Of a stretch of 64,000 nucleotides of DNA, positions 18,812 through 38,540 are shown in pieces. Position 1 is the first letter of the stretch; each line of letters begins with the position of its first letter. The notes beneath the pieces were generated by a model that saw nothing but the letters and a program-made list of their open reading frames with translations, made no database searches and was not told the origin of the DNA. The DNA is taken from the NCBI GenBank assembly GCA_002269645.1, contig NIVC01002805.1:39967-103966 (forward strand), in the 5' to 3' direction. The position numbers and the translations under genes are program-made. This stretch comes from Macrostomum lignano. Lineage: Eukaryota.

Positions 18812-20344
18812 CGCAGCTCAAGTGAGTTGTGCCCGACCTTTTTTGCGCTAAATTTATCTCTATTTTGTGGAATCGCCAGATTGAGAAGCCGCTTTGTTGT
18901 TCCACCTCGACCCCCCCCTCCCTCTCTCGTACACCGACAACTCAGCCCGATGGTCCACTATTTATTCACTTGGACTAGATTGAGCAGAGAAATACAATGC
19001 TTCATTGTACGCGCGAATGCAAGAAGCAAAATGTACAAAGTAGCGAGAAAATCAAATAAAAGCAGCTACAGGTATTTCACAGGTCGCTATTTCTATGAGT
19101 AAAATAACAAAACGCTAAAAACTGAAAGAATCCCGACTCAAAAGATCTTATCCAGGGCCTTGCGACCATAGGTCTCGCAGAAGGTCTCAGATGCTGCTCA
19201 AACCTGTAAAAACTTGCAAACCTGAAATGAAGAGAACGTCCTGAGACGTTGAGGTCTGATGCAAAAATTGAGCTCAGCTGTCTCATACTCGTATTTATAG
19301 CTGGTGATCAAGAGCCGCGAAATCAATTGGGAATCACGCTTTAAGTGTGGAAAAAAGTTCTTACTTGGACCCGAAAGCCATGCAAGAATAGCGTGATTCA
19401 AGGTCTCAAATTAGGTTTGATTGCTGTGCATAGGGCGCGTGATTCAAGGTCGCATGCTAAATGTATTCGCAGTCACGTGCTTTTCTGTACTAAAAATAGA
19501 AGCAGGAGATGGGCATGTTTACACCATTCGGGACCAGAGTACAACACTTTGCACTTTGTACACGCGGACCATGAGTCATCGAAAAGGGTAGTAAACACTT
19601 TGCCTTAGCACAAAAAATCTTTGTTTTTCTCTACTAAATCAATCTGGCTTGAACAAAGACTTCTATGCAGCGGAACATTAAGAGCCAAGGGAAAATAGTG
19701 AAGGAGCTAATTAATAGACCTAATAATAATAAGTAGTAATAGTCAAGAAACTTGAGTAAGGAATGGAATTATCCCTCGTAGATAGAAGCTGCTACGATCA
19801 ATTTTGGAATTATCGCGGATAAGTGTGTGAATAGGTCTTGTGAACTGAGTTGATGCTTCTTAGAGTCTCAAGAAGCCTTGATACTCCCTAGGGGGAGCAG
19901 TTCACTTTTTCTAAAAGGCTGCTGCACTATTAGTAATGTTTATGATTATGACTGTTTATTCTATGCTAGAATCCATTAAGGTTTGACGAAATAGCAACGG
20001 CAATGATGCCTCTGTGCCTGGCAGAATTTGACACTCGGAGCCGTTCATATGTGAAGATTACCAAGGATTTCTATTTAGTTATGAAAACTGACGCTAGGCA
20101 CGAGATTACCTTTGTGCAGATTATGCTTTTTGACTGACTGACACGAGCTACTGCTTGAAGTAAAATCTTCAAAGTGTAGGCACTGGCTGTTTCCATTTTT
20201 TACAAGCTGATTTGAGATTGATTTTAGTTGGCAGTCTGGTTGTTCTTAGGGTCCTTTGATATTCTCAATAAAGCTGTGCTCTGAAATACTTCTTCGATGG
20301 TAGGTAAACCTGCGGCGTGCAATAAATTTGTTTCAGGGCGCCAA

Positions 20345-20674
20345 AGTATAGCACCTGCGGCGCCAAAATGAGCGCCTTCGGCGCCAAAATGAGTGCCTGC
20401 GGTGCCAAAATGAGTGCCTGCGGCGCCAAAATGAGTGCCTGCGGTGCCAAAATGAGTGCCTGCGGTGCCAAAATGAGTGCCTGCGGTGCCAAAATGAGTA
20501 CCCGCGGCGCCAAAATGAGTGCCCGCGGCGCCAAAATGAGTGCCTGCGGCGCTAAAATGAGCGCTGCAACACCGATTCTCAAAAAATTTACACGTATGAA
20601 TATAGTCATGTACCTGTACATGTAAAATTCATGGCTTTGTCCCGCCCACACTAAAATCCGTGGCGACACCCCTG
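20345..20674. mobile_element. Partial copy of a minisatellite-bearing MITE (same family as 54465-55112)
   Basis: 21-bp GCCTGCGGCGCCAAAATGAGT repeats followed by the same unique tail ending in TGGCGACACCCCTG; no left TIR seen. Confidence 0.7.
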
Positions 20675-21044
20675 GATACGCGCGCGGAGGGAACTTCTGC
20701 AATAGTGTTGTGTACTAAATACCTGTGTATACTGAAGGTGAATGTATCCTTCTTGGTTTCTGACTTCGTTAACGAATGAAAAAAGACTTATTCCATAGAA
20801 TTTAAGCAGTTTTCTTGCCATACTGGTATAATTGCAAAATGGTTTGATTTACTTATTTACAATGCTTGTTGCCATATATATTTCACATAGCTTTGTAGCA
20901 AAATCGATAATATATTAACCAAGCTAATCGGAAGCGTCCTCGATGGTGCCTCGACTGTCAACAGACGGTGGCCAGATGGTTTTGTCCATCAATTTTCGCC
21001 GAATTATCTGCAATGAATTGAAAGAGTCGCGTTAAATTTAAATT

Positions 21045-21215
21045 ATCAAGTGTCTGTAAAGACGAGACAAAGACTTATTATCAAGTGTCTGTAAGGACGA
21101 GACAGACTTATTATCAAATGTCTGTAAGGACGAGACAAAGACTTATTATCGTGTCTGTAAGGACGAGACAAAGACTTATTATCAAGTGTCTGTAAGGACG
21201 AGACAAAGACTTACT
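21045..21215. repeat. ~35-bp tandem repeat (TCAAGTGTCTGTAAGGACGAGACAAAGACTTATTA)
   Basis: About 5 copies. Confidence 0.9.
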
Positions 21216-21235
21216 ATCCAATAGCGCGCACTTAC

Positions 21236-21847
21236 TTCTCCCAAATTTTCGGGTACAACAATCTCCCTACGAGGACGCCTGATTTGGTCAGCTCGAATAG
21301 GTGGCAAAGCTCTTGGCAGCGACGAAAACGAGCGGTCCTGAGGCCAGAGTTTGTCCGACACAAGCTCCCACGAATTTAGTGACGTCACCGCGCCAGTGAC
21401 TAAGTCTGATGACTCTGGATCGCAGCCGAGGTGCATCTTGGCGTAGCGGGAGCGTCGACTCTGTTGGAGACCTACGGTCACAGTGTTCCCGGATGTATCT
21501 GCATGATTGAAATCGGAATTCCGCCTTTGAGAACCGGAAAAGAGGATGTCAGCTTTGACTCATCATGGAATGGTGAAGATTAGAGGGCCTGAGGGCCTTG
21601 GTAGTCAACATTACAAATCAAAACGCATATCCAATCAAGTAGGACGTTCGTCGACGTCAGGGTTGCTTACCGCTGCCGCGAAAGCTACGCACAGCCGCTG
21701 TTGAACTGGCTCGGTTGCCATGGTTACCACCGGGACTCGATAGCTGGGTAGGCGGCAGCCTTAGAACTGGCAGGAGTGTCTGGTAGACCACAGGTGACGA
21801 GTCTTGCTCCTGGCCCGGCTGGATGAGCCTCAGCTGAACTGCGTTGC
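21236..21847 (-). CDS. Two putative coding exons (21671-21847, 21236-21498) of an unidentified gene
   Basis: Good acceptors (tttcag, atgcag) and donors (gtaagc, gtaagt); they join in frame (SFRGS-D-TSGNTV). No recognisable domain. Confidence 0.45.
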
Positions 21848-22064
21848 CTGAAATAATCAACGATAGAATAATTGAAAACCAGTTCAAACTGGAGCTAGTC
21901 AAACTAGCAAAATAGCTCTTTCAAGCGTACTTGTAGCCTTATAAATTTTTGTTATGATAGACCAAGCTCCCGCAATTTGGTTGTTTCCGGAAGCTTAGTT
22001 GACTGATTTTCTGACTGAATTAATTGGTTATTGTTTGATCTTTTAAATTGAGAACATGGGCAAC

Positions 22065-23100
22065 GGGGACGCCAGCTACAGACCGGGGCGCCAGCTACAG
22101 ACCGGGGCGCCAGCTACAGAGAGGGTGCCAGCTACAGAGGGGGCGCCAGCTACAGAAGGGGCGCCAGCTACAGAGAGGGTGCCAGCTACAGAGAGGGCGC
22201 CAGCTACAGAGGGGGCGCCAGCTACAGAGGGGGCGCCAGCTACAGAAGGGGCGCCAGCTACAGAAGGGGCGCAGCTACAGAGGGAGCGCAGCTACCGAGG
22301 GGGCGCCAGCTACAGAGGGGACGCCAGCTACAGAGGGGGCGCCACCTACAGAGAGGGCGCTAGCAACAGAGGGGCGCCAGCTACAGAAGGGGCGCCAGCT
22401 ACAGAGGGGGCGCCAGCTACAGACCGGGTCGCCAGCTACATGTACAGAAGGGCGCCAGCTACAGAGGGGGCGCCACCTACAGAGAGGGCGCTAGCAACAG
22501 AGGGGCGCCAGCTACAGAAGGGGCGCCAGCTACAGAAGGGGCGCCAGCTACAGACCGGGTCGCCAGCTACAGAGGGGGCGCCAGCTACAGAAGGGGCGCC
22601 AGCTACAGAGGGGGCGCCAGCTACAGACTGGGTCGCCAGCTACATGTACAGAAGGGCGCCAGCTACAGAGGGGGCGCCACCTACAGAGAGGGCGCTAGCT
22701 ACAGAGGGGGCGCCAGCTACAGAGGGGGCGCCAGCTACATAAGGGGCGCCAGCTACAGATGGAGCGCAGCTACAGAGGGAGCGCAGCTACAGAGGGGGCG
22801 CAGCTACAGAGGGGGCGCAGCTACAGAGGGGCGCCAGCTACAGAGGGGGCGCCAGCTACAGAGGAGGCGCCAGCTACAGAAGAGGGCGCCAGCTACAGAG
22901 GGGGCGCCACTTACAGAGGGGCTCCAGCTACAGAGGGGGCGCCAGCTACAGAGGAGGCGCCAGCTACAGAGGGGGCGCCAGCTACAGAGGGGCGCCAGTT
23001 ACAAAGGGGGCGCCAGCTACAGACCGGGGCGCCAGCTACAGAGGAGGGGCCTGCCACATTGGGTCGCCAGCTACATGTACAGAAGGGCGCCAGCTACATT
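22065..23100. repeat. 18-bp minisatellite (GGGGCGCCAGCTACAGAG)n
   Basis: Over 50 imperfect copies; source of the GAPATE ORFs. Confidence 0.95.
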
Positions 23101-24081
23101 GGGTCGTAAGCTACAGGGACGATTAAAGTCTTCTGTTTTCCGCAAACTGTTTTCTTTATAAACTACGAGTACATTTAAAACCCGGCACATGCCTGCAGCT
23201 AGAAATCTGTCATCTCTCGGCAGCTCCCAGTGCCGCGGCTCTGGCGTGTTCCTCGGTGGTGAAGGCGTCGCAACACTTGGGTAACCTTTGTCCTGATCCG
23301 GCTGTTCAACCAGTCTGCTTCTGGTTCCGAAAGCAGCAGTCATTTTTTCGTCCAAAAATTTCCAACAAAACTTTCAAAGTTAGGAACGACCGAATTTGAA
23401 ATCTCGTGCCATTTGGTCTGTTTGAATTTTTTCTTCAACAAATTACCAGCTGAGAAGACGAATAAGAAGTCGAGTCAGTCCTGGCTTTGGGCGGAGTTTC
23501 TCTAGCTTGCTTTCTCCCTGACGCACGAGCTGCGCTATGCATAAAAAATATTCGACTTTTTCAACATGAACGCGAGCTCTTAGCAGAGCGATAAGATAAT
23601 GGCAACTGAGAATGAGCACAGACTAGCAGGAATCCGCTGATTTAATGAAGCATACAATGCAATTGGAGCACACAAAAGATGTTAGATGTCAGCCAACTGA
23701 GAGGCCACTGATTCGGGGAATTAATGATCAGAGCGTGGCGCACTAATGAAGGCTGAAGGACAGAGCATCCGACAAGTGCGCCTGAGATATGGCACTGGCA
23801 GAGATGATTTTTTTTCAATCTGAATCCGTTTCCGAGCTAATTCTACTCCCAGTGTACTTTTAGCCTCTCGTCCAATCCGGAGCTGCCCAGTGCTGCTGGA
23901 TTGAAGGATTTATAGCTCAGCTGGCGCAGCGGGAGCGCCTCATCTGCTTCAGCTGTAGGATCTCTTTTTAACTGAGAGAGCTTCCTTGCTGTCCGTCTCT
24001 TTGCATCGGATACTGAAAATCCGTCTTCTTCTCTACTTCTTTCTGTGTGAAATCCGAGCACCAATCAATCAGCAAGCCAGC

Positions 24082-29838
<5,757 letters not shown>

Positions 29839-29949
29839 GAATTTAATTTTGCGCGTCTGAGTTTGTTTTTTGTTTATTCAACGAAAGCTAATGACTTCAT
29901 TTACAGTGGGCCTCTTTTCATCATCAACTTCAATTTATCTTTTGAACAA

Positions 29950-30270
29950 GTGTAGGAATAGTGTGAAGAGGTGAAATCATAGCGTGAAGAGCTGAAATAA
30001 TAGTGTGAAGGGGTGAAATCATTGTGTGAAGAGGTGAAATCATAGCGTCAAGAGGTGAAACCATAGTGTGAAGAGGTGGGATCATTGAGTGAACAGGTGA
30101 AATCATAGTGTGAAGAGGTGAAACCATTGTGTGAAGAGGTGGGATCACTAAGTGAACAGGTGAAATCATAGTGTGAAGAGGTGAAACCATTGTGTGAAGA
30201 GGTGGGATCACTGAGTGAACAGGTGAAATCATAGTGTGAACAGGTGGGATCATTGTGTGAACAGGTGAAA
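29950..30270. repeat. ~21-bp minisatellite (GTGAAATCATAGTGTGAAGAG)n
   Basis: Tandem imperfect copies. Confidence 0.88.
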
Positions 30271-31199
30271 CTATAACTATCCGTGGAACTTTTGCTTGTA
30301 CTGTTCGCAACATGTAAGCTTTTGTTCGTAACTAAACAACAAGCATAATGAATAGAATTTGATAGGGCATATGTAACTATAGTAAAAATAAAATAAGTTA
30401 ATTATATGAACGTTCATTCGTCGCTTCTATAAATATTTTCCGCGAAATCCAACACACAAAACATGCATGTAATTATTGCGTTTTATGGCTACATTTCTGC
30501 TACATACGCATATAAATAAAGAACGCTAAGCTATCGGGATATCAGTTCACCGACTTACGCTTGGAATTTAATGGGTTTTTTTTGTTCCAAGACTGTCTGT
30601 GGTAAAAACCCATTTAATACAGTGCATTCTGCTGAAAAACGAACGTTTAAGGAACATACTTACTGTATTTTTTCAATTAATATAAACATCTTTTGAACGA
30701 ATTTTCGCATAGAAATGTCAATCTCTAAATGTGAGAAATTAACAAGTTATCACTAAATAACTGAGCAATTCCTAACTCGCTAAAAGGATCTGAAAGTTCA
30801 AGACGCAAATTGAACTTACATAAGCGGTGCCTGAAATGCACTTTTAGTTTTTGCGTTCAAATATAATGATTGCTAGCTCAGTCACAAAATTATTTTCTAT
30901 TTTTTTATCAAAGAAGATGTGGCAGGTGTGAGGAAACCGAGACTCGCACGTTGGTATGCACGAAATACTTAATAAATTTATACAACTGACCCTGAGTACT
31001 GTAGCTATGACTAACCATGCAGGTCTGCAATAAATTATAGTTATAGACTTTGAGACTAAATAAACAAACGCCCTATAGGGGGTGAGTAGCGAAGCGGCAA
31101 CTCAAAATGAATCCGTTTGATGTTGAAACTCTTTGAACCGTTGCCTTGAGCCGCTGATATACTCGTACCAGACACTGAGGCCAACCCCTTTATCAACGA

Positions 31200-31425
31200 C
31201 CACCTTTACCAAAGACAGCTTTACCAAGGACCACTTTAACCAAAGAACACTTTGCCAAGGACGACTTTACGAGTACCAAAGAAAACTTTACCAAGGACCA
31301 CTTTAACCAAAGAACACTTTGCCAAGGACGACTTTACCAAAGACAACATTGCCAAGGACGACTTTACCAAAGACAACATTGCCAAGGACGACTTTACCAA
31401 AGAATACATTACCAAGGACCACCAT
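31200..31425. repeat. ~30-bp tandem repeat (CCAAGGACGACTTTACCAAAGACAACATTG)
   Basis: Several imperfect copies. Confidence 0.85.
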
Positions 31426-32117
31426 GTAACACACTGGACAGCAGGACACAACCGCTGTGCAAAGAACAACACATACCGATTACTACTGAGATAATTTAAA
31501 AAAGAAACTTAATAAAAGTACATACGAGCTACAGATCTTAAAACTTTTCCATGGATTTAATCGAAGCGTCTATCTATAAATGTTGTCAGAAGTATTTTTC
31601 TGTCAAAATTTTTAATGAACTAATTACATTTTACTAGAAACCACAGGCTACGTTAAGGTCTCAGTCTCAGCCTTTAATATGGCATCTTTAATGTGACGAA
31701 GTAAAATTCGAGACACGCAACACCGACATTTTTATCTCTGGCTGGCATCATATGGCTATTACAGTTTCACATGAATAAATATGCATAGATAATTGCTGCC
31801 GCCCGAGCCCCAATTTCTGTGACTAATAGAACTTGACCAGAAAATTTCTTCCTGTGAATGTGAATTAGACCGCGAAAAAACTGGCTTCTGGAGCTGAAGC
31901 TGGCGCATATAATTATTATTAGTTATTACTTATGTATATGCCGGCGCGGAGGCAAGACTGAATAGGATTAGTCAATGGCATACCGAATTACAGACGGGGA
32001 GGCCGGCCCCATTGTGGCACCGTTGATCCCGGCTAGGATAAGCTCTACGTAGCTTTGTCAAAAACATTTTTTTACACAGTACTGATGTATGTACATATAT
32101 ACATAACTTGCCTGCTG

Positions 32118-33765
32118 TCTAGTGAATCTGGCGCCAAGTCTAGTGAATCTGGAGCTAAGTCTAGCGAATCTGGCGCCAGTTTAGTGAATTTGGCGCCAGT
32201 CTAGAGAATCTGGAGCCAGTTTAGTAAATTTAGCGTCAGTCTAGTAAATATGGCGCCATTGTAGTGGATCTGGCGCCAAGTCTAGTGAATCTGGCGCCAA
32301 GTCATCTGGCACCAAGTCTAGTGAATCTGGAGCTAAGTTTAGTGAATCTGGCGCCAGTTTAGTGAAGTTGGCGCCAGTCTAGTGAGTCTGGAGCCAGTTT
32401 AGTAAATCTGGTGCCAGTCTAGCGTATATCGCGTCAGTATAGTGAATCTGGCGCCAGGTCTAGTGAATCTGGCGCCAGGTCTAGTGAATATGGCGCCAGG
32501 TCTAGTGAATATGGCGCCAGTATAGTGAATCTGGCGCAAAGTCTAGTGAATCCGGCGCTAAGTCTAGTGAACATAGCGCCAGTCTAGTGAACATAGCGCC
32601 AGTCTAGTGAACATAGCGCCAGTCTAGTGAATCTGGCGCCAAGTCTAATGAATCTGGCGCCCGTTTAGTGAATTTGGCGCCAGTCTAGTGATCTGGCACC
32701 AATCTAGTGAATCTGGCGCCAGTCTAGCGTATATCGCGCCAGTATAGTGAATCTGGCGCCAAGTCTAGTGAATCTGGAGCTAAGTCTAGTGAATCTGGCG
32801 CCAGTTTAGTGAATTTGGCGCCAGTCTAGTGAATCTGGAGCCAGTTTAGTAAATTTGGCGTCAGTCTAGTCAATCTGGCGCCATTCTAGTGAATATGGCA
32901 CCAGTCTAGTGAATCTGGAGCTAAGTCTAGTAAATCTGGCGCCAGTCTAGCGTATATCGCGTCGGTATAGTGAATCTGGCGCCAGGTCTAGTGAATATGG
33001 CGCCAGTATAGTGAATCTGGCGCAAAGTCTAGTGAATCCGGCGCTAAGTCTAGTGAACATAGCGCTAGTCTAGTGAACATAGCGCCAGTCTAGTGAATCT
33101 GGCGCCAAGTCTAGTGAATCTGGCGCCCGTTTAGTGAATTTGGCGCCAGTCTAGTGATCTGGCACCAATCTAGTAAATCTGGCGCCAGTCTAGTGAATCT
33201 GGCGCCAAGTCTAGTGAATCTGGCGCCAGTCTAGCGTATATCGCGCCAGTATAGTGAATCTGGCGCCAAGTCTAGTGAATCTGGAGCCAGTTTAGTAAAT
33301 ATGGCGTCAGTCTAGTGAATCTGGCGCCATTCTAGTGAATATGGCACCAGTCTAGTGAATCTGGAGCTAAGTCTAGTAAATCTGGCGCCAGTCTAGTGAA
33401 TATGGCACCAGTTTAGTGAATCTGGAGCTAAGTCTAGTAAATCTGGCGCCAGTCTAGCGTATATCACGCCAGTCTAGTGAATCTGGCGCTAAGTCTAGTG
33501 AATTTGGAGCCAGTCTAGTGAGTCTGGAGCCAGTTTAGTAAATTTAGCGTCAGTCTAGTAAATCTGGTGCCATTCTAGTGAATATGGCGCCAAGTCTAGT
33601 GAATCTGGAGCTAAGCCTAGTGAATCTGGCGCCAGTTTAGTGAATCTGGCGCCAGTTTAGTGAATTTGGCGCCAGTCTAGTGAATATGGCACCAGTCTAG
33701 TGAATCTGGCGTCCAGTCTAGTGAATCTGGCACCAGTCTAGTGAATCCGGCGCCAGATTAGTGAT
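32118..33765. repeat. 19-20-bp satellite (TCTAGTGAATCTGGCGCCAG)n
   Basis: About 80 copies with recurring variant blocks. Confidence 0.95.
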
Positions 33766-34394
33766 TGAATTCGACATGGACATCAAAACCTCAAACCTAG
33801 CAACAGAGCATCAAATCGGGCGCCAAAACCTTAAACCCGGCGCGAATTATAACTGCCAATATCACTGATTTCAATAAGCAATGAAGACTTCAGATTAGCA
33901 GTGGCGTTGGTGCACCCCAAAAATCAACAGAAAGGGGGCAAATTTTCAAAGAAAGTTACCGCTAAAATATTCCAAATCACAGCAGCACTCGAGAAAATCC
34001 TTTCCTTACCTGAGCCGGCGGATCAGAAAAGGCAAAGCGTCATATGATTCCTTTCCTGGCAAAAATATGGCTCTCTTTTAGTAATATTGCCATGGAAAAT
34101 AACAGAAAAATTAAAAAAACCTTCTCAATTGAGTCGAACTTCCCTTTCCCCTCTGCTCCCGGATCTTCGGCCTCGGAGTCACGCGACCTCGCGCGAGGCT
34201 GAGGCGCCACGGAGGCGGCCATCGAAAAAAGACGGACTCAAATTAGGATTCCATATAAATTTTTAAAGCCGGATAAGATAAATGCGACTTTAATTCAGTG
34301 GAGTATGAATCTTAACGATGGCTGAATTAGGATTGGGATTCGGATTTCAATGATGTGGATTTTAATTTGAAGTGTGGGGATTTTGATTGGAATT

Positions 34395-34690
34395 TTTGGG
34401 ATTTCGATTAGAATCATGGGACTTTGAGTTTAATTAGGGGGTTTTGAATTTGAATTATGGGGATTTTTATTCGAGTTATGGGGATTTTGATTGGAATGAT
34501 GGGGAATTTAATTCCAACTATGGGGGTTTTTAATTCGAATTATGGGGATTCTGATTTGAATTATGGGGATTTTTTTGAATTATGGGGATTTTTATAGAAT
34601 TATGGGGATTTTTATTGAATTATGGGGATTTTTATTGAATTATGGGGATTTTGATTGGAAGTATAGGGATTTTGATTTCAGTTATGGTGA
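34395..34690. repeat. ~20-bp degenerate repeat (GAATTATGGGGATTTTTATT)n
   Basis: Direct reading. Confidence 0.8.
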
Positions 34691-35544
34691 TTTCGATTAC
34701 CATGATAGGATGAGGATTTTAACGACAATGATAGAAGAGGGTAGTGGAGGGTAGCAGAGAGGGTGAATTTACATAATGACGCACAAGATTTTGTTTTTAC
34801 ACGTTTTAGCCAAGTAAAAGAATTCTTATCTAACAGATCAGTGCATACTGTATTGGCTTATTCTTATACAGCCTACAAGAAAAGGATTAAGCACAATAAA
34901 CGATAATAATACCAACTATTGTTATAATTAACAGTAACAGAAGACATATATTGTTGGGCATTTACGCAAGCTAACAAATAGCAGACTGAATGAGATATAA
35001 TAAACATTTATTTAGTCCTCATGTTTTATAGTTGCCCTAGCAACAACGCTACGCAGGTAGATAGTTAGTCACAGCTGGGAGAAATCGGTACTAGGTAAAA
35101 GAGCCGAAGCAGCAAGTACACAATATTGTCACTCATGTTTCGCTACTCAGTCGTCACTCAGAAAAAAACTTACTTAGTTTAACATCTTTGAAGCAGTTAA
35201 ATATGAATGATAAACAAAAAGTATTAGAAAACGAATCAAGTTCTGAACAATAGAATTTTGTCTGTAGTCGAGAAGTAATACAATTACTTAAGTCTTAGTG
35301 TATTAGAAATAACTCGATATGCCACTCGCAATAAAAATTGTGAATAAGTAGAGCGTCTACTTTTTTATTCAGTAGTTTGTCTGAGCAGTAGCACATAAAT
35401 TTAAAATGGAAGCAAAAATTTCCTTTCCATTCATCTGGGTTTGCGGCCTCAGAAGTATATGGGGTGAAGAATAAACAACAAGCCATCTAACACGGTGCAC
35501 ACAAGTGAACGCAAGACGGACAAAACTCAAGGACCAATCTAGGC

Positions 35545-36062
35545 TCAGCCAATGAGAGCAGCAATGAGAGAGGACAAAGCCAGACGGACGAAACTTAGCC
35601 TAGAGGCAGGCCCAATCTAGCTCAGCCAATGAGAAAGCAGTAAGGAGAGAGGTCAAAGCCAGACGGACGAAACTCAGCCTGGGGGACAGGCCCAATCTAG
35701 CTCAGCCAATGAGAGAGCAGCAAGGAGAGAGGTCAAAGTCAGACCGACGAAACTCAGCCTGGGGGACAGGCCCAATCTAGCTCAGCCAATGAGAAAGCAG
35801 TAAGGAGAGAGGTCAAAGCCAGACGGACGAAACTCAGCCTGGGGGACAGGCCCAATCTAGCTCAGCCAATGAGAGAGCAGCAAGGAGAGAGGTCAAAGTC
35901 AGACCGACGAAACTCAGCCTGGGGGACAGGCCCAATCTAGCTCAGCCAATGAGAGAGCAGCAAGGAGAGAGGTCAAAGTCAGACCGACGAAACTCAGCCT
36001 GGGGGACAGGCCCAATCTAGCTCAGCCAATGAGAGAGCAGCAAGGAGAGAGGTCAAAGTCAT
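35545..36062. repeat. 80-bp tandem repeat with two CCAAT boxes per unit
   Basis: Period 80 (GGCCCAATC at 35609, 35689, 35769, ...), about 6.5 copies. Confidence 0.93.
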
Positions 36063-36804
36063 GCACAAGCGGGGCAAGAGGAAAGCCAAACTGTTTATCT
36101 GCGGGATGGGGCTCGCCCAACCCTTTTTTCTCTTGCTCGCGATGCTCACGCACTGGATTTGAGTTTTCAAGTTTCACTGCAATCTTTCAGTCTTAAATTG
36201 ATTTCTTTTTAAATAAGTTTCAAGTCTAAGTCAGTTTGGAGTCGGTAAAACTGAATGAAGATGCTAATTCAATGGGTCTGCTTTTTAGAAAGCTAGAGGC
36301 GACTGTTGAAACTTTAAATAACTGTAAAATTTTATCGAATTTTTAAAGCATTTCATGCGACTGACATATCTAGTTATTCCAGTATCTGTGATTATTTAAA
36401 AATGGAGATCAAACAGTTCTCTTTAGAATCCAAAGACGACAGTCAAAGTAAGATAATTGCTTTTCAAAAAATCAAAACAAGGGAAAAAATCAGATCTTCG
36501 AAGCAAACACTTCTATCTAAGGGGTAGTTAGTATTTAAGATTATATGACAAGATAACTACGTGCAATACTAGTTCTAAATTGTATTGTAAGACATACAAA
36601 GTTGGGATTCATATAAACAAACAGGGTACAAACAAATAGCAGGAATTTTGGAAACGATATTAAGGGTACAAAGCATACGCAGAGAAGCAAGCGGGCCTTA
36701 TAAAACAGATTATTTAAATAATATCAACATGTACATTCAAAGCAATTAAATTCTTTAATTTCGACTCTCAATATTTTACTGTGTACTTTGAGTATCTGTA
36801 CATT

Positions 36805-37525
36805 GAGTATGACCAAGTCTACCTTGAGCATGATCAAGTCAACCTTAGGAATGACCAAGTCTACCTTGAGCATGACCAAGTCAACCTTAGGGATGACCAA
36901 GTCTACCTTGAGCATGACCAAGTCTACCTTAGGTATGACCAAGTCTACCTTGAGCATGACCAAGTCTACCTTAGGTATGACCAAGTCTACCTTGAGCATG
37001 ACCAAGTCTACCTTGAGAATGACCAAGTCTACCTTGAGCATGACCAAGTCTACCTTGAGGATGACCAAGTCTACCTTGAGCATGACCAAGTCTACCTTGA
37101 GGATGACCAAGTCTACCTTGAGCATGACCAAGTGTACCTTAGGTATGACCAAGTTTACCTTAGGTATGACCAAGTCTACCTTGAGCATGACCAAGTTTAC
37201 CTTAGGTATGACCAAGTCTACCTTGAGCATGACCAAGTCTACCTTAGGTATGACCAAGTCTACCTTGAGAATGACCAAGTGTACCTTAAGTATGACCAAG
37301 TCTACCTTGAGGATGACCAAGTCTACCTTGAGGATGACCAAGCGTACCTTGAGTATGACCAAGTCTACCTTGAGTATGACCAAGTCTACCTTGAGTATGA
37401 CCACGTCTGCCTTGAGGATGACCAAGCGTACCTTGAGCATGACCAAGTTTACCTTGAGTATGACCACGTCTACCTTGAGTATGACCACGTCTACCTTGAG
37501 TATGACCACGTCTACCTTGAGGATG
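36805..37525. repeat. 21-bp minisatellite (ATGACCAAGTCTACCTTGAGC)n
   Basis: About 34 copies; stop-free in several frames. Confidence 0.96.
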
Positions 37526-37747
37526 ACCCCAAATCTAAATGGAATCTGATAAATAACCAGTCACGACAGAATATCGAACTTTACTTGACGTAAAAAATCA
37601 GACCAAACAAACCAGCGCATTCGATAAATACAGAAAGATAGCAAATAAAGTAAACTTATTCAAGATTTAGCTTTCAGTACATTAATCTCTGTACCTTACT
37701 AATGCCTATTAATTGTCTGTGCAATCCCGGATGCAACAAAATGAAGC

Positions 37748-37952
37748 TCAAAGCCGGTCGACTTTATTAGACAGGACCTGAGGATTGGCCTTGCGAATCT
37801 CGTGCCTGCCGTGGCTGCGATAGTCAAACGAGCAGTCGTGCTTGTCGCTGTAGCGGTGCGCTGGGCAATAGGTACCGCCGCAACGGCACTCGAAGCCTGG
37901 TGTGGGGTGGGGCAGCGGCTGGTTAGTGGATGGATGGATATATAGATAGATG

Positions 37953-37994
<42 letters not shown>

Positions 37995-38066
37995 CAGATA
38001 GATAGATAGATAGATGGATGGATAGATACATAGATCTATAGATGACAGACAGACAGACAGACAGAC

Positions 38067-38112
<46 letters not shown>

Positions 38113-38169
38113 CGACAGACAGACAGAACGACAGAACAGACAGACAGACAGACAGAAAGGCAGACAGCC

Positions 38170-38212
<43 letters not shown>

Positions 38213-38217
38213 AAGGC

Positions 38218-38260
<43 letters not shown>

Positions 38261-38294
38261 AAGGCAGACAGACAGACAGACAGACAGACAGACT

Positions 38295-38326
<32 letters not shown>

Positions 38327-38339
38327 CAGAAAGACAGAC

Positions 38340-38400
<61 letters not shown>

Positions 38401-38447
38401 GAGACAGACACACAGACAGACAGACAGATACAGACAGACAGACAGAC

Positions 38448-38482
<35 letters not shown>

Positions 38483-38501
38483 CAGACAGAAAGACACAGA
38501 C

Positions 38502-38540
<39 letters not shown>

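Noticed and set aside
22048-23109. GAPATE-repeat ORFs resembling a mucin or surface protein
   Set aside because: The 18-bp repeat has frequent frame-breaking indels and no signal peptide, so it is not maintained as coding.
34010-34222. Possible first exons of a minus-strand gene (MAASVAPQPR...)
   Set aside because: The donor is weak and the two candidate exons do not join in frame; not supportable without transcripts.
36724-37593. Three overlapping 250-270-aa ORFs
   Set aside because: They arise from a stop-free 21-bp tandem repeat and have no splice signals or domain.
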